Origin: a virus
Virus record (IMG/VR): IMGVR_UViG_3300021085_000017
Location: 28,116-92,115 of that record
Strand: one strand, 5' to 3'
Length of the DNA stretch: 64,000 nucleotides
The notes under the pieces are model-generated. The model was given only the letters and a program-made list of their open reading frames with translations. It had not been told where the DNA came from and ran no database searches. Position 1 is the stretch's first letter. Each line of letters starts with the position of its first letter. The position numbers were made by a program, and so were the translations under genes. Below are positions 38,376-49,481 of this stretch, one piece after another.

Positions 38376-39358
38376 AAGAAACAAAAGTAGTTCTTGGTGA
38401 CTTAGATGTATTCTACATTAGTTACGATGAACCAGCAAAAGAAGAACATTGGTCAAATCTAATAATGAAATTCCCATTTGCTAAAAGAGTAGATGGTGTG
38501 AAAGGTTTTGACAACGCACACAAAGAATGTGCGAGACAAAGTGAGACAGAAAGATTTATTACTATCGATGGTGACAACATTGTCGATGAGAAGTTTTTTG
38601 ACCTAGAAATAACATTTCCGGCAGGCACAGACTTAGAAAACTCTATTGTGAGTTGGAGTGCTAAGAACATGGTTAATGGTTTAGTATACGGTAACGGCGG
38701 TATCAAATGCTGGCCAGTAGATTTAGTTTTAGAAATGAAAACACATGAGAACGCAGAAGACGAAACAAAGAAAGTAGATTTCTGTTGGGACCTAAACTAT
38801 ATTCAAATGAATAACATTTATTCTCAAGTACTCAACGCAGGTTCACCATTTCAGGCATTCCGTGCGGGATACCGTGAGGGTGTTAAAATGTCACTAGATG
38901 AGGGCAAACAAGTTCCAGTTGAAGACTTTCAGAAAAGAATATGGCCGAAGAACTATGAAAGACTAATAACATGGTGCAATATCGGTGCTGATGTAGAGAA
39001 TGGAATATGGGCTTGCTTTGGTGCAAGACTAGGATGTTATGATGTTAACTTTGTAGAAGATTACAAACTAGAAAACATCTCTTCTTTTGATTGGTTTAAA
39101 ACTTATTTTGAAGAAGAAATTCTAACACTATGTGAGGGCGGTGATGAAAAATGTAGCCGCACTGGAGTTGAATGGGATTATGATAAACTATTTGATGAGT
39201 GCTTACGTATTGGTGACATTCTTACTGATAAGATAGGTATGGAGTTAGTAGACCCAACACCAGAACTATCAATATTTTGGAAGAGAACATATCATAATCC
39301 ACCAAGAGTTAATAATCCATTAGCAACAGAAAAGCAAACCGGGTGGAGCGGACACTAA
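38372..39358 (+). CDS. GT2-like glycosyltransferase-related protein
   Basis: DVFYISYDEP, AHKECA, TIDGDN (DxD), NGLVYGNGG, AFRAGYREGVK; GGAGG SD before ATG 38372. Confidence 0.6.
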   Translation: MKETKVVLGDLDVFYISYDEPAKEEHWSNLIMKFPFAKRVDGVKGFDNAHKECARQSETERFITIDGDNIVDEKFFDLEITFPAGTDLENSIVSWSAKNMVNGLVYGNGGIKCWPVDLVLEMKTHENAEDETKKVDFCWDLNYIQMNNIYSQVLNAGSPFQAFRAGYREGVKMSLDEGKQVPVEDFQKRIWPKNYERLITWCNIGADVENGIWACFGARLGCYDVNFVEDYKLENISSFDWFKTYFEEEILTLCEGGDEKCSRTGVEWDYDKLFDECLRIGDILTDKIGMELVDPTPELSIFWKRTYHNPPRVNNPLATEKQTGWSGH

Positions 39359-41152
39359 ATGGCTAATTACGATGATGATGCTAACGTAACCAAACTAGAA
39401 TTAAATAAGTTATCGCCATCAATGTGCATGGCGAAATGGTTACAAGTTAGTTTACATCTACCACAAGGACGAACACACAGTTGTTATCATCCACCAACAC
39501 ATCCTATTCCATTAGATGAGTTGAAAGATAATCCAAACGCACTTCATAATACGAAATTCAAATTAGAAGAACGTAGGCAGATGAAAAATGGTGAGAGACC
39601 GAAAGGTTGTCAGTACTGTTGGAACGTAGAAGACGCAAACAAAGATGCATTAAGTGATAGACATTATCGTTCAAGTGAATGGTGGGTAAAAGATGCATGG
39701 GAAGAAGTTGTACAACAACCATGGGACCACGATATTAAGCCACGTTATGTAGAAGTAAACTTCAATCAGGCATGCAACTTTAAGTGTTCATATTGTTCAC
39801 CTCATCTTAGTACAGCATGGGAAGATGACATCAAACAACATGGGTCGTTTAGATTTTCTGATGGTGGTGGTCATAACAATATACAAGAACTTAAAACTAT
39901 TGGCTTGATGCCTTTAGAAGTTGCACGTAAAGACAATCCGTATATCGAAGCATTTTGGAAATGGTTTCCAGAAACGTATCCTAATCTGAAGATTTTTCGT
40001 ATGACAGGTGGTGAACCTCTCATGGACAAGAATACATTCAAAGTATTAGATTATATAAAAGAAAATCCAAATCCTGATTTAGAAGTTTCAATGACTACAA
40101 ACATGTGTCCACCTGACGATGCGTTGTTTGATAAGTTTATTGAGAAAGTAAAACTATTAGAAAAGCCAGTAATTGATGAGAATGACCCTACGGTTATACC
40201 AGTAGACTTCAAAGATTTGTTATTTAAAACACCACCACCGAATAAAAGAAGTGTCTTATTTTATGCAGTAGACCCAGGAGATGGAAGTTCATGGAACGAA
40301 TGGAAACAGTATATCATTGAAGAAACACTTCATGGTGTTGACCCATGGCTGATACAGCCAAATGTAGATACACTTCCATCATCTGAGATTAAACAGAAAT
40401 TTAAAGGTGTTGGTCCTTGTGAAGATGCAGATAATAATTCTTTTCTATATCTAAACAACTATGAAAAAGACAAACAATGGAATAAGTGGACACATCTATT
40501 TGAAAATGTTTCAGTTAAACATATTAGTGTGTTTATCAGTGTTGATGGTATAGGACCACAAGCAGAGTACATACGAGACGGACTAGATTGGGAAAAACTA
40601 AAGACAAACGTTGATAGGCTTCTTTCTGAGACAAGTAGAGTGAGTGTTACCTTTATCAATACATTTAATCTGTTGAGTATTCCATCACTACGTGGTTTCT
40701 TAGATTACATACTAGAACTCAGAGAAAAGTATGGTTATGTATATCAAGTAGACAATGGACATAAAGTATTACAACAAAAAATCTGGTTTGACGTTCCTTA
40801 CATGCGAGACCCAAGTTGGTTTAACATACAAGTAGCAGATGCAGATATGTTACAAATAATACAAGACAATATTGATTACATGAAAGAAAAAGTTTTACCA
40901 GACGAGGAATATGGAAAATCTTTTCTTGGTTTTAAAAATTACGAAGTATTAAAATTACAAAGAGATTTAGCATGGGCAGAACAAGGCATAGAAATAAGTG
41001 ATGATGACCTAAGTGATAGACTAATTAGATTTTATGAGTTCTTTTCTCAATATGATAAGAGACGTGGATTTGATTTCTTAGAAACATTTCCTGAATTTAC
41101 AGAGTTCTGGAATGAAGCGAAAGAAGAGTATGTAGAGAAATATGCACCATGA
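39359..41152 (+). CDS. Radical SAM enzyme with N-terminal SPASM/twitch-like domain
   Basis: CMAKW, SCYHP, CQYCW; CNFKCSYC; TGGEP. Confidence 0.88.
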   Translation: MANYDDDANVTKLELNKLSPSMCMAKWLQVSLHLPQGRTHSCYHPPTHPIPLDELKDNPNALHNTKFKLEERRQMKNGERPKGCQYCWNVEDANKDALSDRHYRSSEWWVKDAWEEVVQQPWDHDIKPRYVEVNFNQACNFKCSYCSPHLSTAWEDDIKQHGSFRFSDGGGHNNIQELKTIGLMPLEVARKDNPYIEAFWKWFPETYPNLKIFRMTGGEPLMDKNTFKVLDYIKENPNPDLEVSMTTNMCPPDDALFDKFIEKVKLLEKPVIDENDPTVIPVDFKDLLFKTPPPNKRSVLFYAVDPGDGSSWNEWKQYIIEETLHGVDPWLIQPNVDTLPSSEIKQKFKGVGPCEDADNNSFLYLNNYEKDKQWNKWTHLFENVSVKHISVFISVDGIGPQAEYIRDGLDWEKLKTNVDRLLSETSRVSVTFINTFNLLSIPSLRGFLDYILELREKYGYVYQVDNGHKVLQQKIWFDVPYMRDPSWFNIQVADADMLQIIQDNIDYMKEKVLPDEEYGKSFLGFKNYEVLKLQRDLAWAEQGIEISDDDLSDRLIRFYEFFSQYDKRRGFDFLETFPEFTEFWNEAKEEYVEKYAP

Positions 41153-42555
41153 GTAGAAAGCCAGACACAGAATCATTTTTAGATTATAGAACTAGGGTAA
41201 TGGATCCTAAAAGTTCTTCGTTCTGTGGCGCAAAATGGCATAATGCAACTATATGGTTAGGACACGGACAGACAGTCAGTTGTCACTTGCCCGCTTCACA
41301 TGATATAAATGTTGAAGAGTTAAAAGATAATCCAACCGCAATACACAACACTTCGCACAAAAAGAAAATGCGTAAGATGATGCTTGAAGGCGAAAGACCA
41401 CCAGAGTGTTACAAATGCTGGGCAGTCGAAGACGAAGGACATGATAGAATATCTGACCGAGTTTTAAAGACTCGAATGTTCACTGACGAAGATTTAGATG
41501 AGATACCTTTGAAGAAATGGGATGATGATACCTTCTTAAGAACACTAGAGATATCATTTGACAAAGCCTGTAACTTTGCATGTTCATATTGTAATCCTTC
41601 ATTTAGTTCTACATGGGTGAAAGATATAAAAGACAACGGACCATACGACAATATCATTTCAGATGAAAGAGAACATTTTTCAAATTCTGCCGAATGGACA
41701 GTAAGTGCAGGTCGCACAGATGAAGAGAACCCATATATCTCTGCATTCTGGGAATGGTGGGAAGCAGATGGTGGATTGGTAGATACACTAGAGGCTATAA
41801 GAATTACAGGTGGCGAACCTATTATGCATCCAAGTGTGTGGAAATTGTTTGATTGGTTTAAGAATAATCCAGAACGTGGCAAGAATATGAGATTTGCTAT
41901 AAACTCAAATCTTGTTCCAGAAAAAGAAAAGACATTCCAAAGATTATTAGATGTGATAGATTATGTGCCACGGTTTGAAATGTTTACAAGTTGCGAAGCA
42001 ACTGGAATACAAGCAGAATATATACGTGATGGCATAGATTATGACAAGTGGTTAAGTAATTGTAAAAGACTATTAGAACAACCAAAGTTAAATAGAATGT
42101 ATATAATGATGACTATCAATGCATTGTGTCTGTGTTCAATAACAGACTTTATGGATGATATGTTAGATATGAGAGAATCAAATGCAGTTGGACCTATATT
42201 ATCATTGAATCCTGTTTATAATCCAGAGTTTCAAAGTCTGTCTACATTTCCTACATATATACTAGAACACTACCATGAAAAACTTAAAGCATGGTACGAT
42301 AGAAGAGCAAGTGAATTAGTAGACGTAGAAGAGGTACATGTCACAAGACTTATATATCTCTTAGAGAAAACAATACGTAATCCACATTCAGAAGAAGTAC
42401 TAAGAAAACGCCAAGGAGATTTCAAATCATTTTATATGCAATATGATAAGAGACGTGGCAAAGATTTTGTGTCAACATTTGACCCGATTGTAGTAGATTG
42501 GTATAACAGTTTGACACCAACAAGAGTATTCAATATAGAGGCGAATAATGGCTAG
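41149..42555 (+). CDS. Radical SAM enzyme with N-terminal SPASM/twitch-like domain
   Basis: CGAKW, SCHLP, CYKCW; CNFACSYC; TGGEP. Confidence 0.88.
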   Translation: MSRKPDTESFLDYRTRVMDPKSSSFCGAKWHNATIWLGHGQTVSCHLPASHDINVEELKDNPTAIHNTSHKKKMRKMMLEGERPPECYKCWAVEDEGHDRISDRVLKTRMFTDEDLDEIPLKKWDDDTFLRTLEISFDKACNFACSYCNPSFSSTWVKDIKDNGPYDNIISDEREHFSNSAEWTVSAGRTDEENPYISAFWEWWEADGGLVDTLEAIRITGGEPIMHPSVWKLFDWFKNNPERGKNMRFAINSNLVPEKEKTFQRLLDVIDYVPRFEMFTSCEATGIQAEYIRDGIDYDKWLSNCKRLLEQPKLNRMYIMMTINALCLCSITDFMDDMLDMRESNAVGPILSLNPVYNPEFQSLSTFPTYILEHYHEKLKAWYDRRASELVDVEEVHVTRLIYLLEKTIRNPHSEEVLRKRQGDFKSFYMQYDKRRGKDFVSTFDPIVVDWYNSLTPTRVFNIEANNG

Positions 42556-44083
42556 AAAACACCAAGAGACACTTCATCAATATAAAGAACGAATCATTGA
42601 CCCTATTAGTAAGTCATACTGTGCCGCCAAGTGGTACAATGCTACTATCTGGCTGGGACATGGACAAACTACGAGTTGTCATCACCCACCGGGACATTGG
42701 ATTCCTTTAGAAGAACTTGAAAGTAATCCATCAGCGATTCATAATACGCCACATAAGAAAAAGATGCGTAAGATGATGCAAGAGGGTGAACGTCCAGCAG
42801 AGTGTGAGTACTGTTGGAAAGTTGAAGATATGGGAAAACAACATATATCTGACCGTGTGTTTAAGACTGAAATATTTAAAGACGAAGACATTGCTAAGAC
42901 TTCAACAATGCCATGGGAAGAGAATGTAAATCTAAAAACACTTGAGATTTCATTTGACCGAGCATGTAATTTTAAATGTTCATATTGTAATCCGGCATTT
43001 AGTACTGCTTGGGTGAAAGACATTAAAGACTTTGGTGGATATAAAAACATTCAATCAGATGGTAGAGGACACTTTGCCGATACTGCACCATATGCCGAAC
43101 CAGCAACAAGAAGACAAGAAGACAACCCATACATACAAGCATTTCATAAGTGGTGGGAAAGCGACTTAGCAGACTCTTTAGAAGAGATACGTATCACTGG
43201 TGGTGAACCTATCATGCATAAAGGCACATGGAAATTATTTGAATGGTTTAAAGATAATCCAGACAGAGGACAAGATATGCGTTTTGCTATTAACTCAAAT
43301 ATGTGTCCTGATACTCCTAAAGTTTTAGATAGACTTGTAAAAGAATCATGGCATATTCCACACTTAGAAGTGTATACAAGTATGGAAGCAACCGGCATTC
43401 AAGGTGAATACATCAGAGATGGACTTGACTATGACTTATGGATAAACAACATACACAGAGTCTTAAATGAAAGTAATGTAGAGAAACTACATATGATGAT
43501 GACTATTAACTCTCTTTGCCTAGATTCTATTACAGATTTTATGGACCAAATGCTTGACCTGAGAGAAACATACGGTCAAAAGGCACCAACGATGACGTTG
43601 AATATCTTAAGATTCCCATCATTCCAAAGTGCGGCAATACTACCAGAAGACATCAAAACATTCTACAAAGAGAAGTTAGATAATTGGTTTCACTCTGAAC
43701 GCCCACAAGAAATGATGAGTGACGGTGAGAAAGAAAGTGTTCGAAGATTGATTGATTACTTAGATATTGTTAAGACACCACATAAGAATACAGCAGAAAC
43801 ACCAAAGTTATATAACGACTTCAAGGTGTTCTTTGCACAGTATGATGTGAGAAGAAATAAAGATTTTGTAACTACATTTCCTGGACCATTAGCAGACTGG
43901 TTCGCATCTATAGATGCAGAAGTGCCATCAAAACAAGATATTCTTACTGGTGCAAAAACATCTTTTGTATATGATATAGATGATATTGACCCAGCAACAA
44001 CCAAAGAGTATGATGGTGGCGATGACACACATGAACAGAATGTACCCGGATGGAATACAGACACTGATACGTTAGGTGGATAA
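42548..44083 (+). CDS. Radical SAM enzyme with N-terminal SPASM/twitch-like domain
   Basis: CAAKW, SCHHP, CEYCW; CNFKCSYC; TGGEP. Confidence 0.88.
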   Translation: MARKHQETLHQYKERIIDPISKSYCAAKWYNATIWLGHGQTTSCHHPPGHWIPLEELESNPSAIHNTPHKKKMRKMMQEGERPAECEYCWKVEDMGKQHISDRVFKTEIFKDEDIAKTSTMPWEENVNLKTLEISFDRACNFKCSYCNPAFSTAWVKDIKDFGGYKNIQSDGRGHFADTAPYAEPATRRQEDNPYIQAFHKWWESDLADSLEEIRITGGEPIMHKGTWKLFEWFKDNPDRGQDMRFAINSNMCPDTPKVLDRLVKESWHIPHLEVYTSMEATGIQGEYIRDGLDYDLWINNIHRVLNESNVEKLHMMMTINSLCLDSITDFMDQMLDLRETYGQKAPTMTLNILRFPSFQSAAILPEDIKTFYKEKLDNWFHSERPQEMMSDGEKESVRRLIDYLDIVKTPHKNTAETPKLYNDFKVFFAQYDVRRNKDFVTTFPGPLADWFASIDAEVPSKQDILTGAKTSFVYDIDDIDPATTKEYDGGDDTHEQNVPGWNTDTDTLGG

Positions 44084-44709
44084 TGAAAGTTTTAATAACG
44101 GCTTGTCATGGTAGAACAGGAACAACTATATTACAAGATATAATTACAAAAAAATCTGGTATTATAAATTATGGTGAAGGCATTGATATACACAATGGCG
44201 AAAGAGGATTTAACAATTCTATAGAAAAGTTTCGTCAAGCAGAAAACGGATGCTGTAAATTATTCTTTGACATGAGTTATCAAACAACTAGTGATGTAAA
44301 TTCCTGGTACAAGCCCATGGAGGTGCCGGATATCATACAGCCAAATTTGATTATCAATAGTTTCAGAGAAGATATATTTGACTTGTTTCTAAGTTGGCAA
44401 ATCTCTTACCATAATAATAAATGGAATGCTACAAATAAATTAAACTACCATAGTATTGAAGTGTTACATGTAGAAGAAACTGTAGATAAATTTGTCAAAG
44501 AGTTAAAACTTTATGAGAAAGATTTAGAAATATTAAGAGAGAATTTTAAAGTACTAAATATCTCATATGAAGATATCGTAAACAATAACGTTGATGATTT
44601 AGAATTCGATAATTATATTGGAGTTGCAAAACAAAATACGTTAGAAGAGAAAATAAGACTTGTTGATAATATAGACGAAGTAAAGGAACAGTGGCAAAAG
44701 TATGTTTGA
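44083..44709 (+). CDS. Sulfotransferase-like protein (Stf0-type)
   Basis: GRTGTTIL 5'-PSB loop, RED.FD.FLSWQIS 3'-PB motif, ISYEDI. Confidence 0.6.
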   Translation: MKVLITACHGRTGTTILQDIITKKSGIINYGEGIDIHNGERGFNNSIEKFRQAENGCCKLFFDMSYQTTSDVNSWYKPMEVPDIIQPNLIINSFREDIFDLFLSWQISYHNNKWNATNKLNYHSIEVLHVEETVDKFVKELKLYEKDLEILRENFKVLNISYEDIVNNNVDDLEFDNYIGVAKQNTLEEKIRLVDNIDEVKEQWQKYV

Positions 44710-45940
44710 CTATGGTGAAATAAAACAGTTGGATTTAGAGGCAAGTAGTCTTTGCAATGCTGAGTGCCCATCATGTGGTCGTAGAGCAAGTGGTGGCTTG
44801 AAAAATACTATTATGACCGAGACTTATGTGAGTTTAGAACAAGCAAAAGAATGGTTTACAGAAGACTTCATTAAGGGATTACGAATGTTATCTATGTGTG
44901 GTAACTATGGTGACTCTATGACTAATCCAGATTTAATTCCTATTTTGAAATATTTTAGGTCTTGTAATCCAGATATTGAACTTTACATGAATACAAACGC
45001 AAGTGGCAGAGATGCAGAGTTCTGGCAAGACTTAGGTAATATTTTTAAACATAAAGGTTGTCTAGTGTTCAGTGTTGATGGACTTGAAGATACTAATTGG
45101 ATATATCGTAAAGGCACTCACTGGGATAAAATTATGACGGCTATGACAAACTACATATCAACTGGTGCAGAAGCCAGATGGGAGTTTCTTGTATTTCGCC
45201 ACAATCAACATCAGATAGAAGAAGCAACTGAACTATCAAAGAAGTTAGGATTTAAACAGTTCTATGCAAAGAAGGCAATGGGGTTTACTAACTTCACTGA
45301 TTCTTCTGGCAAATGGGGACATGATATGAAAGTCCACGGACAAGAAGGTCATTTACAATACACTATCAAACCACCCATTGGTATAGAACTTGAACAAAGA
45401 AAATGGGATTCAGAACCAATGCCAGAACCAGATAGTTTGGAAACTGGATATTTAGAAGATATAAAAAAACAATTGGCAAAGTCTGTTGTTCCTCTAACAC
45501 CTATCAAATGGCACCATAATCCAACAAGAGAATGGAAATTAGATAAAACAGTTCAGTTATCAGAGTATGATAAAAAGTTGAGTGAATATGATATCAACTG
45601 CGAAGCCATAGCACATAAAAAGATTTTTGTAAACAGTTATGGAATGGTTTTTCCATGTTGCTACTTAGCATCTATATATGATGACCAATACGGCCAAGGT
45701 GATACAGTAGCGGCATTATTAGCATTTATAAATAGATATGGAAAAGATAGCATATCATTACAACATACATCTCTTAAAGATATAATAGGTGGCGAGATGT
45801 ACACAACAGGATACCTCGAGTCATTTGAAGATAGAGATATACGAAACAAAAGATTAAAAGCATGTTCTGTCTTTTGTGGCAAAGAAACAGAAATTTCGAA
45901 AACAAAACAGAGCATGTTATCGGAGAATAATCTAATATGA
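44702..45940 (+). CDS. Radical SAM enzyme with C-terminal SPASM/twitch domain
   Basis: CNAECPSC, CGNYGD, FSVDGL, VFPCC, C-terminal CSVFC. Confidence 0.85.
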   Translation: MFDYGEIKQLDLEASSLCNAECPSCGRRASGGLKNTIMTETYVSLEQAKEWFTEDFIKGLRMLSMCGNYGDSMTNPDLIPILKYFRSCNPDIELYMNTNASGRDAEFWQDLGNIFKHKGCLVFSVDGLEDTNWIYRKGTHWDKIMTAMTNYISTGAEARWEFLVFRHNQHQIEEATELSKKLGFKQFYAKKAMGFTNFTDSSGKWGHDMKVHGQEGHLQYTIKPPIGIELEQRKWDSEPMPEPDSLETGYLEDIKKQLAKSVVPLTPIKWHHNPTREWKLDKTVQLSEYDKKLSEYDINCEAIAHKKIFVNSYGMVFPCCYLASIYDDQYGQGDTVAALLAFINRYGKDSISLQHTSLKDIIGGEMYTTGYLESFEDRDIRNKRLKACSVFCGKETEISKTKQSMLSENNLI

Positions 45941-47340
45941 AAATTATACCAATCTGGAAAGATGACGGGAGTTGTGCTGAAGAAAGTGAGAACAAAACTT
46001 TCTGTATGGCGCCGTGGACACACACTTACATTTCACCACAAGGTGAGAGAAGAATGTGCTGTGCTTCACGTGAAGAACACCAGTTTCAGAAGCAATACAT
46101 TGATGCATCAAATGATGATTCGTATGGTATAGAAAAGAAAGTCAAAACTAAAGCAGATGATTTTAATCCACTTACATTAGAAGAACACTGGAACTCACCA
46201 TACATGATGGACATAAGAAAGAAACTTATGGCAGGTGAAACTATTCCACAGTGTGACGTTTGTAACGATGACATCCTAAGTTTGAGTTCATATAAGAAAT
46301 GGTTTACCGGTCATCTATTCAAGCATAAGATTGAAGAAGCATTTGAGAAGACAGATGATGAGGGTAGAACATCTATGCCTACTATCTCATTTGATTATCG
46401 CTTTAGTAATCTATGTAACTTTAAGTGTAGAATGTGTGGAGAATTATTGAGTTCAAGTTGGGAAGCAGAAAAGAAGACACACAAGTTATGGTCACCTGAA
46501 GAACATCCTTTTATGATACCAGATGTGAAGAAGAAAATGAATTCATTTACTGTTGATGTTGTAGAGCCAGAGTTTAGAAAAGCAATTGATGAAGGCATAG
46601 TTGAAGAAATATATTGGGTTGGTGGTGAACCACTCATGTATGAAATACATTGGGAAACATTAGAAAATATGACACAGGCAGGAACTGCAAAGGACTGTTT
46701 TCTAAGATACAATTCTAACTTGTCCCGTGTAACATACAAAGGTAAAAACTTGTATGACTATTTGCCACAGTTCAAAGATTGGATGATGTGTGCAAGTATT
46801 GACGGTACAGGTAAGATTGGTGAATTCATTCGAACTGGTTTAGTATGGGAAGAGTGGTTAGAAAACTTTAAACAAGGAGTTGCATTGCCTGGTGGTAAAG
46901 ACAAGATGTTATTAGACTTGACTATTACTGGACCTGGTATGTTCTCATTAAAAGAATTATTTGATTTGAGCCAAGAACTTGGTGTAAGAATGGAAACAAA
47001 GATGATGTTTGCATTCCATCCAGATATGGTATTCTCTCCATTTGCATGGCCTAGACACATACTTGATAAAGTAATACAAGAAAACTTAGATTACATGGAA
47101 CCAATAGCAGAGAAGAACCAAGAAACGTTGATTAATACATTACGTGAAATGAAATCGAGGCCAACATTTGCACAACAATGGAATGACCACCACAAGCCAT
47201 CAGTTGGCGGTAGACAGTTCCAAGCAAAATTAAGTGAAATAAGAAAAGATAAACAAATTGGTATGCCTACAATCGAAGACATTTACCAAGAGCATTGTCC
47301 TGAATTGTATGATTGGTGGATGGAGTGTTGGGATGAGTAA
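45937..47340 (+). CDS. Radical SAM enzyme with N-terminal SPASM/twitch-like domain
   Basis: CMAPW, MCC, CDVC; CNFKCRMC; VGGEP; SIDG. Confidence 0.88.
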   Translation: MKIIPIWKDDGSCAEESENKTFCMAPWTHTYISPQGERRMCCASREEHQFQKQYIDASNDDSYGIEKKVKTKADDFNPLTLEEHWNSPYMMDIRKKLMAGETIPQCDVCNDDILSLSSYKKWFTGHLFKHKIEEAFEKTDDEGRTSMPTISFDYRFSNLCNFKCRMCGELLSSSWEAEKKTHKLWSPEEHPFMIPDVKKKMNSFTVDVVEPEFRKAIDEGIVEEIYWVGGEPLMYEIHWETLENMTQAGTAKDCFLRYNSNLSRVTYKGKNLYDYLPQFKDWMMCASIDGTGKIGEFIRTGLVWEEWLENFKQGVALPGGKDKMLLDLTITGPGMFSLKELFDLSQELGVRMETKMMFAFHPDMVFSPFAWPRHILDKVIQENLDYMEPIAEKNQETLINTLREMKSRPTFAQQWNDHHKPSVGGRQFQAKLSEIRKDKQIGMPTIEDIYQEHCPELYDWWMECWDE

Positions 47341-48625
47341 GACATTCTGTAAACTACCTTGGATCCATTTAGCGAGTCACCCACATGGTGGAACTACATT
47401 ATGTTGTGTTGCTGACCATCACAATGGCATATCTAGGTCTAGGAATTATACAAAACATTCAAATACCAATCCCAGAGAAGTAGATGGAGATATATTTTTA
47501 GACTTAAAAAATCATTCGATAGAAGAGATTATGAATGGTGATTCATATAATCAAGTTCGACTAGAGATGTTAAATGGTGACGAACCAGAAGCATGTAAGA
47601 GATGTTATAGAGAAGAAGAGTCTGGTGTATGGAGTAAAAGAGCAAAAGAAAATCAACTTTATGATACATTCACACTTGAAGAGGCGAAAAGCAGAACTAA
47701 TGATGATGGTTCATTAAACAAAGTTGAGTTAGAATTTATAGAACTAAGATTAGGGAATATATGTAACGCAAAATGTAGGTCATGTAATCCTTGGAGTAGT
47801 AGTAAATGGATTACAGATTACAATAAAATGAGAAAGAAGTTTACTACACTTCATCTTTTTGATAAAGAAATGAATCAATTTGATTGGCCGGAACAAGAAA
47901 GATTTTGGGATGACCTATTTGAAAAATCAAAGAATGCAAAAGTATTCTATATTAATGGTGGCGAGCCAACACTAATCAAAGAGCATTTTAAATTTCTACA
48001 AAGAATGATTGATGCTGGTAGAACTAATGTAAAATTATGGTATAACATCAACTGTACACAAATGACCGATGAGATAATCAACATATGGAGACAGTTTGAT
48101 GAAGTTGAAGTTGGCTTGAGTATTGACGATGTTGAAGCAAGAAACGAATTCATAAGACATCCAACTAAGTGGAAAGATGTTTCGAATACTATAGATATGT
48201 TAATAGCCGCAAGAGATGGTGAAGAATTGAAGTTTTATGAGAAATCTAATATATCGATAAACATAACACAGACTGTTACTTGGATGAACTATTTCTACTT
48301 AGATGAAATGATGGATTTCGCTTCAGAGAAAGATATAAGAGTACATCATAACTTTGTAACTCAGCCAGAAGAATTTTCTGTAAATGTTTTGCCATTAGAA
48401 CTTAGAAAAGAAATAAACGATAGAATGGAACCATTCTTTCCAGACGATTGGGATCCTGGTAAGATGGCAATGATGAGGCGTAATGAACAAAAGCCCACAG
48501 ATTTGAAGTTGTTACAAAAAGCAATGGACTACACTTCTGAACTAGATAGATTAAGAAATGAAAACTTTCAAATAACGTTCCCAGAATTATGGGACGAAAT
48601 ACGAGATTACGTAGATGGCGATTAG
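47333..48625 (+). CDS. Radical SAM enzyme with N-terminal SPASM/twitch-like domain
   Basis: Start moved to MSKTFCKLPW; LCC, CKRCY; CNAKCRSC; NGGEP. Confidence 0.88.
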   Translation: MSKTFCKLPWIHLASHPHGGTTLCCVADHHNGISRSRNYTKHSNTNPREVDGDIFLDLKNHSIEEIMNGDSYNQVRLEMLNGDEPEACKRCYREEESGVWSKRAKENQLYDTFTLEEAKSRTNDDGSLNKVELEFIELRLGNICNAKCRSCNPWSSSKWITDYNKMRKKFTTLHLFDKEMNQFDWPEQERFWDDLFEKSKNAKVFYINGGEPTLIKEHFKFLQRMIDAGRTNVKLWYNINCTQMTDEIINIWRQFDEVEVGLSIDDVEARNEFIRHPTKWKDVSNTIDMLIAARDGEELKFYEKSNISINITQTVTWMNYFYLDEMMDFASEKDIRVHHNFVTQPEEFSVNVLPLELRKEINDRMEPFFPDDWDPGKMAMMRRNEQKPTDLKLLQKAMDYTSELDRLRNENFQITFPELWDEIRDYVDGD

Positions 48626-49481
48626 AAACGAAAGCAACGAAACGATAGATGACAAACGAGATTATTCTCCATTTGTAAAACAAGTTTTACAACATTCAAA
48701 TAAAAATCCTCTAACAGACGATGGATATTACGAAATGGACGATGGTTGGAATAATGAGTTACAAACAAGAAGTACCATGTCGCCTATAGAACCAAACGAC
48801 AAGATTGTACTTTTAGTAGGTGATAGTTTTACATTCGGTGATGGAATGTTACACAAGGATACATTTGGTGCTTTACTACAAAATACAAAACTCTTTGAAA
48901 ATTATAAAGTAATAAACATTGCTCAACGTGGCGCATCAAATAGTTTGATTAATCTAATACTTACTCGATGGTGTAATGTATATGGAAGTCAAGTAGAAAT
49001 GGTAATTATTGGATACACTTTTCGTTCCAGAAGGCTCTATTTCGCATCAGCAGATAAATTACCAGAGTTTGGTTGTTGTACCAATATCAATCCGGGACAT
49101 GTACCAACAGGAAGATTTGATAAGCCTTGGCTAAAAGAAGTATACAAAGCCAACTTGACGTTGAGTACATTTGAGAATGACACAAATGATTTTGAGACAA
49201 ACGTACTTATGACTAAAGGCTTAGGCAAGATACACAACTTTAAAACATATTGGTGGTCTATCGAAGAAAATGAAAGATGGAACCAAGAATCAAAAAGACT
49301 TGAAAATAACACAGAATTAGTCGATGATGATAATTTTAAGTTTATAAACATTGCTAAACAGTTTGGTAAGACATACGAAGAAGAATTAGTATACCACATA
49401 TCAGCAGAAGATGGACATTGGAGTAAAAACGGTCACTCTGCCATTGCAGATAGAATTATTGAAGCGATAGATGAATGTTAA
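48615..49481 (+). CDS. SGNH/GDSL hydrolase-like protein
   Basis: VGDSFTFGDG, NIAQRGASN, DGHW. Confidence 0.65.
   Translation: MAIRNESNETIDDKRDYSPFVKQVLQHSNKNPLTDDGYYEMDDGWNNELQTRSTMSPIEPNDKIVLLVGDSFTFGDGMLHKDTFGALLQNTKLFENYKVINIAQRGASNSLINLILTRWCNVYGSQVEMVIIGYTFRSRRLYFASADKLPEFGCCTNINPGHVPTGRFDKPWLKEVYKANLTLSTFENDTNDFETNVLMTKGLGKIHNFKTYWWSIEENERWNQESKRLENNTELVDDDNFKFINIAKQFGKTYEEELVYHISAEDGHWSKNGHSAIADRIIEAIDEC

Noticed and set aside
40163-40513. Intein in the radical SAM gene
   Set aside because: No N-terminal Cys/Ser or C-terminal His-Asn splice motifs
39359-48625. RiPP cluster
   Set aside because: Genes abut with no room for a precursor peptide; no RRE, protease or transporter seen nearby
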